Source of the DNA: Pirellula staleyi DSM 6068
GTDB lineage: Bacteria; Planctomycetota; Planctomycetia; Pirellulales; Pirellulaceae
Direction of reading: 5' to 3'
Assembly (NCBI GenBank): GCA_000025185.1
Contig: CP001848.1
Span: forward strand, 1,560,001-1,592,000
DNA: 32,000 bases
Shown: positions 25,635 to 32,000 of the stretch, in pieces
Numbering within the stretch: position 1 is the first letter of the stretch
How the letters are laid out: every line of letters starts with the position of its first letter
Position numbers and translations under genes: made by a program
The notes under the pieces: model-generated
What the model saw: the letters and a program-made list of their open reading frames with translations, nothing else
What the model was told of the DNA's origin: nothing
Database searches by the model: none

Positions 25635-26729
25635 TCAGTCCCAGGCCAGGCTGGCCGCCGATTGATACTCGGTCACGCGGGTCTCGAAGAAGTTCTTCTC
25701 CTTCCCGAGGTCCATCGTTTCGCTCATCCATGGAAACGGATTCGCGCTCCCATACTGCGTCGGGAGCCCAATCCGCTCGAGACGCCGATCGGCAATGTGC
25801 TGCACATAGTCGCGGAACAGCTCGCCGTTGAGACCCACGATGCCACGTGGCAAACAGTCCCACGCATAAGCAACTTCCAGTTCCACCGCTTCACGCACCA
25901 GCTTGATCACCCGCTCTTGAAAATCGGCTGTCCAAATCCCAGGGTTCTCGGCCCGAACGCCGTTGATCAAATCGATGCCAAAATTCAGATGGATCGTTTC
26001 ATCGCGCAGGATGTACTGGAACTGCTCTCCAATCCCGGTCATCCGATTCTGGCGATGGAACGACAGGATCATCACAAACCCGGTGTAGAAAAAGATCCCC
26101 TCCATGATCAGGTAATAGCCGATCAGGTTCTCGAGAAACTTTTGTGCACCCTCGGCTGTCTCGGTCGTGAAGTTGGGATCGAGCAGGCCGGTCGTCAGCT
26201 GCATCTCGAAGGCATCTTTCCGCGCGATCGACGGAATCTCGCGATACATGTTGAAGACTTCGCGATCATCGAGCCCCAAGCTCTCGACGATGTACAAGAA
26301 GGTGTGTGTGTGGATCGCTTCTTCAAACGCTTGGCGAAGCAGGTACTGACGACATTCAGGATTCGTCACATGCCGAAAGATCGCCAGCACCAAGTTATTG
26401 CCGACGAGGCTTTCTGCTGTCGAGAAGAAGCCAAGATTCCGAAGAATCACGAGCTTTTCGTCGTCGGTCAAACTTCCAGTGCGCCAGGTTTCGATATCCT
26501 TTCCCATCGGCACTTCGCTCGGCATCCAGTGATTGGCGCACCCATTTTGATAGTGCTCCCAAGCCCAGTGATACTTGATCGGCATCAGCTGATTCACATC
26601 CACCGTGCTACAATTGATCAGCCGCTTTTCTTCAGCGATCAGTGATCGGCCGCTCGACTTGTGTCTCGCGTGAACTTCAATTGTTCGTTCCGAAGAATCA
26701 TTCACCATGGTCGACATTCCTTGCCCCAT
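25635..26729 (-). CDS. nrdB: Class I ribonucleotide reductase small (beta) subunit
   Basis: Di-iron/radical subunit motifs ([35 protein letters not shown]). Start uncertain: ATG 26729, or ATG 26708 (MVND...), which has AAGGAA 8 nt upstream. Confidence 0.9.
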   Translation of the reverse strand: MGQGMSTMVNDSSERTIEVHARHKSSGRSLIAEEKRLINCSTVDVNQLMPIKYHWAWEHYQNGCANHWMPSEVPMGKDIETWRTGSLTDDEKLVILRNLGFFSTAESLVGNNLVLAIFRHVTNPECRQYLLRQAFEEAIHTHTFLYIVESLGLDDREVFNMYREIPSIARKDAFEMQLTTGLLDPNFTTETAEGAQKFLENLIGYYLIMEGIFFYTGFVMILSFHRQNRMTGIGEQFQYILRDETIHLNFGIDLINGVRAENPGIWTADFQERVIKLVREAVELEVAYAWDCLPRGIVGLNGELFRDYVQHIADRRLERIGLPTQYGSANPFPWMSETMDLGKEKNFFETRVTEYQSAASLAWD

Positions 26730-26776
26730 AACTCGTAAATAGATGTGGACTAATAAGGTACAAATTCAAAGATAAA

Positions 26777-26837
26777 TCTTGAGAAAATGCGCACTTGTTG
26801 CGCAAAAACTGCGCACAAATGGCTCAAGAGAAGCGCA
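26777..26837 (-). repeat. Phased TGCGCA hexamer array enclosed by a 7-bp stem in the nrdA-nrdB spacer
   Basis: TGCGCA at 26788, 26799 and 26810 (exact 11-bp period), and AGCGCA at 26832 (2 x 11 further). tcttgag (26777..26783) pairs with ctcaaga (26823..26829) and encloses the three perfect copies. Confidence 0.5.
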
Positions 26838-26867
26838 GTAAGTCTGTAGAACTTTGGCCGCTCGGAT

Positions 26868-29705
26868 TTACTGACAAGCCTCGCAGTCGCCACCCAAGTT
26901 GCAGACTTCGGGAGCACTGGCTAGCGTCCGATCGATTTGGATATCCCCCGATGCACTTTTGTTTTTCATCCAGCGCGGCTGAATGCCAAAGCGGTTGACG
27001 TCGATCGTCGATTTTTCGACCTGTGTGGCGGCGAGCGTCCGGAGGTAGTAGGTCGTTTTGAGCCCTAATTTCCAGGCTAAAAAGTACATTTCGTCGAGCT
27101 TGCGGCCACTCGGCGCGGCGAGATAGAGGTTGAGCGATTGCCCCATGTCGATCCACTTTTGCCGACGCGCTGCGCACTCGATCAGCCAGCGTGGTTCGAT
27201 TTCAAAAGCGGTTCGATAACGCTCTTTCACCTCTGCTGGAATTTCTGCAATCGGTGCCAGTTCTCCATCGTAGTACTTCAACTGATCGAGCATTTCTTCC
27301 GACCAAAGCCCGAGCCCCTTGAGCTCCTCGACGAGCCACTCATTCACCTGTGTGAATTCGCCCGAAAGATTGCTTTTCACGTACAGATTGCGATAGGTCG
27401 GCTCGATCGATTGGCTGACGCCGGCGATGTTCGAAATCGTTGCGGTCGGCGCGATCGCCAGCACGTTGCTGTTGCGTAGTCCCTGCTCGCGAATCGCGCG
27501 GCGAACCACTTCCCAGTTGAGCTGCGCGGTACGTGGGACATCGATCTTGATCCCCCGCTCTTGTTCCACCAGATCGATCGTATCGATGGGCAAATAGCCA
27601 CGATCCCACTTCGATCCCGCGAAGCTTGCGTACTTGCCGCGCTCACGCGCCAGCTCGCTCGATGCCAGGAGCGCAAAGTAGCTGATCGCTTCCATGCTCT
27701 CGTCGGCAAACTGCACAGCCCGATCACTAGCGTAGCTGATCTGCATGGCATACAGCGCGTCCTGAAAACCCATCAGCCCCAGTCCAATCGGCCGATGTCG
27801 CAAGTTGGCATTGGCCGCTTCAGGGGTCGGGTAGAAGTTCAAATCGATCACGTTGTCGAGCATCCGAACCGCAGTTCGAATCGTGCGCTCGAGCATCGCC
27901 AGATCGAGCACACCATCGGTGATATGCGCGCCAAGATTCACCGAACCGAGATTGCAAACCGCTGTTTCTTCCGCCGAATTGTTCAGCAGAATCTCGGTGC
28001 ACAGATTCGAGTTGTGAACAACCCCGACATGATCTTGCGGGCTCCGGATGTTCGAGGGATCTTTCCAAGTGACCCAGGGATGACCGGTCTCGAACAGCAG
28101 TGTGAGCATCTTCCGCCACAGATCAACCGCGCTTACACGGCGGAACAGTTTGATGCGACCTTCGTCGGCTGCTTGCTCATAGTCGAGATATTTTTGCTCG
28201 AACGCACGACCATAAGTGTGATGCAAATCGGGAACTTCATTCGGACTGAAGAGGGTCCACGTGTCGCGCGCAAGCACCCGCTTCATGAACAAATCGGGAA
28301 TCCAGTTAGCGGTGTGCAGGTCGTGAGTACGGCGTCGTTCGTCCCCAGTGGTGCGGCGCAGTTCCAAAAACTCTTCGATATCGAGATGCCACGTTTCGAG
28401 GTAGGCACAGACCGCCCCTTTGCGTTTGCCACCTTGATTCACGGCCACAGCGGCGTCGCTCACGACCTTCAAAAACGGCACAATTCCTTGGCTTTTTCCA
28501 CCCGTTCCACGAATCGTTGCGCCGAGCGCGCGGATGTTCGTCCAGTCGTTTCCGAGACCGCCAGCCCACTTCGAAAGGATCGCGTTGTCTTGAATTGCTT
28601 TGAAAATTCCGACGAGATCATCTTCGACCGTCGAGAGATAGCAGCTCGACAGCTGCGGGTGACATGTCCCAGCGTTGAACAGCGTGGGGGTGGCGGATGT
28701 GAAGTGCAGCTGCGAAAGGAGATCGTAAAATTCTTTCACGCGCTCGAGCTTGTTTTGCTCCCCAAGCGCGAGCCCCATCGCGATCCGCATCCAAAAGATT
28801 TGGGGGAGCTCGACACGCAAACCTTCATGCGCCAGGAAGTAGCGATCGTAGAGCGTTTGCACACCGAGGTACGCCAGCAAACTATCGCGCTCGGGAACGA
28901 TAAACGCAGCGATCGCCTCGAGATTATAGTCAAGCATCGATTCATGGAGTTGACCCCGCGCGACAGCAGCACGGACATACTCCGGAAAGTAACGCTGATA
29001 TCCTGCACGTCGTTCCGAGGGAGAAAGAGGCGTTAAGATCGCAGCGCCATGATGATTTTGCAGCAACTGCGAATCGCTCCGGTCGAGCAGCAGTTTGGCT
29101 GCGACGTACGTGAAGACCGGTTCGAGCTCGACTCGCGAACGTAGCGCCAAGATCGTGGCATCGAACAGCTGTGTGGGAGTCACTTCGGTCGGCAATGAGC
29201 GGACAATATCGGCGGTAATCGCCGCTGCCTGGGGCGCTTGCCCATGCAGCTCACAAGCCTGAGCAATCCAGTGCTCGAGCGCGTTGATCGGAAGCGCGGT
29301 AAGCTCCCCGCTGGCGAGTCGCACTTGCGTCGCGCTTGCTTTTCGTTTGTGCGCTTGCGATTCACGGTAAAGGACATAGCGCCGCGCGACTCGATGCTCG
29401 CCAGCGGTCATCAGCACCCGCTCGACTTCATCTTGAATCGACTCCACCGCCAGTTGCTCTTGCAGGTCGCACCAACGCGCGACACGCTCAGTGTAGTCGG
29501 TAATCGACTGCGCTACGTGCGCGGGAAGTTCGTGCGCCGCAGCAGCGCCGAGTTCGGCTGTCACCGCTTTGGTGATCGCGGTGCCGATCCGTGCGAGATC
29601 GAAGCGCGCCAAGCGACCATCGCGCTTACGAACCTGCTTAAGACCGGCAGAGGAATCGCTCGAAGTAGCGAGAGCTTGTGGGAAAGAAAGAAGAGTTTCG
29701 GACAT
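26868..29705 (-). CDS. nrdA: Class I ribonucleotide reductase large (alpha) subunit with N-terminal ATP-cone
   Basis: The track ORF extends to 30047, but ATG 29705 (MSETLL...) has AGGAGG 6 nt upstream, and the extra 114 codons overlap the riboswitch-like leader. ATP-cone [24 protein letters not shown]. Catalytic blocks NLCTEI and PTATISNI. C-terminal CEAC pair. Confidence 0.9.
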   Translation of the reverse strand: MSETLLSFPQALATSSDSSAGLKQVRKRDGRLARFDLARIGTAITKAVTAELGAAAAHELPAHVAQSITDYTERVARWCDLQEQLAVESIQDEVERVLMTAGEHRVARRYVLYRESQAHKRKASATQVRLASGELTALPINALEHWIAQACELHGQAPQAAAITADIVRSLPTEVTPTQLFDATILALRSRVELEPVFTYVAAKLLLDRSDSQLLQNHHGAAILTPLSPSERRAGYQRYFPEYVRAAVARGQLHESMLDYNLEAIAAFIVPERDSLLAYLGVQTLYDRYFLAHEGLRVELPQIFWMRIAMGLALGEQNKLERVKEFYDLLSQLHFTSATPTLFNAGTCHPQLSSCYLSTVEDDLVGIFKAIQDNAILSKWAGGLGNDWTNIRALGATIRGTGGKSQGIVPFLKVVSDAAVAVNQGGKRKGAVCAYLETWHLDIEEFLELRRTTGDERRRTHDLHTANWIPDLFMKRVLARDTWTLFSPNEVPDLHHTYGRAFEQKYLDYEQAADEGRIKLFRRVSAVDLWRKMLTLLFETGHPWVTWKDPSNIRSPQDHVGVVHNSNLCTEILLNNSAEETAVCNLGSVNLGAHITDGVLDLAMLERTIRTAVRMLDNVIDLNFYPTPEAANANLRHRPIGLGLMGFQDALYAMQISYASDRAVQFADESMEAISYFALLASSELARERGKYASFAGSKWDRGYLPIDTIDLVEQERGIKIDVPRTAQLNWEVVRRAIREQGLRNSNVLAIAPTATISNIAGVSQSIEPTYRNLYVKSNLSGEFTQVNEWLVEELKGLGLWSEEMLDQLKYYDGELAPIAEIPAEVKERYRTAFEIEPRWLIECAARRQKWIDMGQSLNLYLAAPSGRKLDEMYFLAWKLGLKTTYYLRTLAATQVEKSTIDVNRFGIQPRWMKNKSASGDIQIDRTLASAPEVCNLGGDCEACQ

Positions 29706-29867
29706 GGCCTGCCTCCTGTGCAGTGAACCACGCCCACGCGAAAAAATGCGTGTGAAGCGACTGCCAGAGGCGGGGCCAAATACCTGGTCGGTACCGAGCA
29801 GCGCGCAGCAAGACAAGCGACATCTCACGATCCCTTTGACGCGAAGGGCTGGAGTGAAAAAACTTGC

Positions 29868-29994
29868 TGCGACCGGGTATTCGGACTTAGTAAATCGCCA
29901 CCTTGGAGGGGCGTCTACCTCACCGCTGCGCGACAGTGCCGGATTCTCACCGGACTTCCCCCGCGATGCTCCTCCATCACGAGAAAGCGTCGCA
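29868..29994 (-). promoter_or_regulatory. Candidate cobalamin (B12) riboswitch aptamer in the nrdA leader
   Basis: The minus-strand RNA reads ...GGGGGAAGUCCGGUGAGAAUCCGGCACUGUCGCGCAGCGGUGAGG...AAGUCCGAAUACCCGGUC. GGGAAG-N-CCGGUGAGAAUCCGG matches the conserved core. AAGUCCGAAUACCCGG fits the B12-box consensus (rAGYCMGgAgaCCkGCc) with few deviations. P1 candidate: ugcgac (29994..29989) with gucgca (29873..29868). Confidence 0.6.
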
Positions 29995-30018
29995 GACAGC
30001 ACAACTAATTGGGTTCGA

Positions 30019-30047
30019 AGGTTATCCCTACCCCCAGGGATTGTCAA
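30019..30047 (-). promoter_or_regulatory. Candidate sigma70-type promoter for the nrdAB leader
   Basis: Minus strand: TTGACA (30047..30042), 17-nt spacer, TAACCT (30024..30019). The predicted start would lie about 15-20 nt upstream of the aptamer P1. Confidence 0.35.
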
Positions 30048-30260
30048 GTCAGTTTGTCGAGCAAACCGAAACTTGCCGTGCTATCATACGCATCAGTGGG
30101 CCTGGATCTGCCGCTAATCGCCAGCCAACTTCGGCCCCTGATAGCTTTTTTTACGGCGACAGTCAGGACCAGAGTTGTCACAAGATCGTGAATAATACCT
30201 GACGCAGTGTTCAGGATGAATTGAATAAATACTGGCGAATAATTTACTTAAACGTGAAGA

Positions 30261-31280
30261 GTGATGAAGCAATTACTTACGAATAGCTGTTTACTACTGG
30301 CGCTGCTGATCGCGCTCTGTAGCGCCCCGTCACCAGCGCGTGCCTGGAATGCCAAGGGGCATCGCCTGGTGGCTGCAATCGCTTACCGCAGCCTCACGCC
30401 TGAAGATCGGGATGCGTTGATCGAGATCCTGAAGCAGCATCCCCGCTTTGCTGCCGACTTCGAACGCCAGATGCCCGACGTGGTGAAGAGTGGCACGAAA
30501 GATCAGCAGCAAGAGTGGCTCTTCGGGCATGCAGCTGTGTGGCCCGACTACATTCGAGGCTTCAAGGGGGAAGAGTCCGACAAGTATCACCGCCCCACGT
30601 GGCACTACATCAACTGGCCTCACTATTTGAGCGATGCTGAAGCTGCCGAACTCGCCATGCCTCCGATGGTGAATCGTCATCTCGATCCCGCGATGACCCC
30701 GGTTCTCGAACAGAACCTCATGCAGTCGATCGCGCGGCTGCGCTCGCAGTTCGTCGATTCGAAGTACTCGGCTGAAGAGCGCGCGGTGATGATTTGCTGG
30801 CTACTACACACCATGGGAGACCTGCATCAGCCGATGCATGGTGCCTCGCTCTTTTGCAAGCCACTCTTTGTGCAAGGCGATCGCGGGGGTAATTCGATCC
30901 TGACGCGACAAAGCGGCAACCTGCACGCTGTGTGGGACAATGCCCTCGGGAACGATGATTCGTTTCGCGAGGTGAATCGCCATGCAACGTTGCTGCTGGC
31001 CACGCCCGAGATGACAAAAATCGGCACAGCGTCGCAAGCTTCAATCGAGCAGAAAACGTGGCTCGAAGAGAGTCACGCACTCGCTGTCGAGCATGTCTAT
31101 GACCAAGCAGTGCTGAGCCATGTGCGCGTGCAGATGCTCACTGCAAAAAATGTCGACGACTTCCCGCCTCTGATGCTCAACGAAGATTACCTGCGCAACA
31201 GCAGCAAGGTCTCGGAGCGTCGTTCGGTCGAAGCTGGCTACCGGATCGCGGCTGTGCTGCGGCAGTTGCTTCATCCGTAA
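30261..31280 (+). CDS. Secreted S1/P1-family zinc nuclease
   Basis: Signal peptide followed by W-N-A-K-G-H (the mature N-terminal Trp and His zinc ligands of P1 nuclease). HYINWP, HTMGDLHQPMH, GDRGGN, NLHAVWDN motifs. GTG 30261 or ATG 30264 start. Confidence 0.85.
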   Translation: MMKQLLTNSCLLLALLIALCSAPSPARAWNAKGHRLVAAIAYRSLTPEDRDALIEILKQHPRFAADFERQMPDVVKSGTKDQQQEWLFGHAAVWPDYIRGFKGEESDKYHRPTWHYINWPHYLSDAEAAELAMPPMVNRHLDPAMTPVLEQNLMQSIARLRSQFVDSKYSAEERAVMICWLLHTMGDLHQPMHGASLFCKPLFVQGDRGGNSILTRQSGNLHAVWDNALGNDDSFREVNRHATLLLATPEMTKIGTASQASIEQKTWLEESHALAVEHVYDQAVLSHVRVQMLTAKNVDDFPPLMLNEDYLRNSSKVSERRSVEAGYRIAAVLRQLLHP

Positions 31281-31319
31281 GTGATAACCCGCAACGAGCT
31301 TAAATCGCTAGAAATAACG

Positions 31320-32000
31320 CTATTTCGCCGCTTTTAGATCGCGAATAGCGGCGGCGATCTGCTGCACGTTTTTAGCAAACCGATCGCTTGAGAGGTAGCG
31401 AAATCCCTTCGCCAATTTTGGCTGACCTGGGAGCGATTCGCCTTGATAGGTTGAAACCCAGCGCCCTTTTTCGTCGCATGTTTGCATCGCTTCGGCAAGT
31501 CGCATGCGATTCACTTTTGTCCGGTTCACGACGATCGGCTGATCGGCTTTGTAGGGCAATGCCTTGATCTGCTTTCGGCACTCCGCAAGTTCTTTTTCAA
31601 TCTCGGCGAGTTCCGATTTTCGCTTCCAGCCGTAGTGCGTTGGCACGTTGCGATCGTCGTACGTCAGTTCGTAGTCGCGGGTCATGTAGAGTGGTTTGTC
31701 GGTCTTCAGTTCGATGAAGCGCGGCAACATCCCGCCCGGCAATTCATGCGTATTGAGGTACGCTAGTGCGCGGGGAATTGGCTCGAGCAAACGCTCGTCG
31801 CTATGCACCAGCGCAATGATCATCAAGGCTCGCATCGCCTCTTGCGATTCGGAGGTGGCAATCGCTGGCGGCTCGAATTTGCGAGCCCACATCGGAATCA
31901 TCTCTTCGTTGTACTGTTGACACCAGGCCGGTTGTGGATCGGGCATCTGCGCAAGCTCGAGAAATCGACCGAGTGAGAAGAGCGCGTCGAACACTTCGCT
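31320..32000 (-). CDS. Partial ORF (5' end outside the window). Function unknown, faintly reminiscent of PL10/PelA-type polysaccharide lyases.
   Basis: The reading frame stays open from stop 31320 to base 32000. WCQQYNEEMIPMWARKFEPPAIATSES resembles, from memory only, the conserved W-x-Q-Q-x-D...AR-x-(F/Y)-E-x-x-S-x-x-ES block of PelA/Pel-15E lyases. The function call is weak. Confidence 0.5.
   Translation of the reverse strand, partial: SEVFDALFSLGRFLELAQMPDPQPAWCQQYNEEMIPMWARKFEPPAIATSESQEAMRALMIIALVHSDERLLEPIPRALAYLNTHELPGGMLPRFIELKTDKPLYMTRDYELTYDDRNVPTHYGWKRKSELAEIEKELAECRKQIKALPYKADQPIVVNRTKVNRMRLAEAMQTCDEKGRWVSTYQGESLPGQPKLAKGFRYLSSDRFAKNVQQIAAAIRDLKAAK

Noticed and set aside
29706-30047. 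114-codon N-terminal extension of nrdA suggested by the ORF track.
   Set aside because: The internal ATG at 29705 has a perfect AGGAGG and begins the conserved ATP-cone. The extension is Arg/Ser/Gly-rich and overlaps the riboswitch-like leader and its promoter.
30060-30120. Search for NrdR boxes upstream of nrdA.
   Set aside because: No 16-bp acaCwAtATaTwGtgt-like palindrome is present. The nearest AT-containing strings do not match.
1-32000. Scan for CRISPR arrays, transposase or integrase genes, terminal inverted repeats, and tRNA or rRNA genes.
   Set aside because: None were seen. The only repeats are the short in-frame coding repeats and the small regulatory-scale repeats listed above.

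Overview
High-GC chromosomal window. It looks planctomycetal because of a DUF1559 pseudopilin-like protein with its usual small lipoprotein partner, several Tat or lipoprotein signal peptides, and long spacers. I found no rRNA, tRNA, CRISPR array or mobile element. Left to right: a hydroxyproline catabolic operon (DadA-like FAD dehydrogenase, Cys/Cys epimerase, DapA-family enzyme); two tandem secreted metallophosphoesterase paralogs opposite a PAS-AraC regulator; then the most interesting locus (6.4-12.0 kb). That locus holds a lipoprotein that is about 20% Met (KPMMEE repeats), a Tat-signal TlpA-like CxxC protein, a soluble ZAS-motif (HxxxCxxC) anti-sigma candidate, an ECF sigma factor, msrP, and msrQ fused to an FNR-like reductase and a 2Fe-2S ferredoxin. 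I read it as a self-powered, thiol-switch-controlled envelope methionine-oxidation sink and repair module. It resembles the Azospira MrpX/YedY1/SigF-NrsF system but is wired differently. Further right: MarR diverging from a polytopic membrane PQQ-like beta-propeller protein; an 860-bp structured non-coding region; the DUF1559 pair; a secreted Cys-rich CDDYCxKC-repeat protein; an MFP-RND-OMF efflux operon whose OMF has a Met/Glu-rich tail; nrdA-nrdB preceded by a candidate cobalamin riboswitch and split by a phased TGCGCA element; an S1/P1 nuclease; and a partial 3' ORF. All function calls come from motif recognition by eye and no database search was run.
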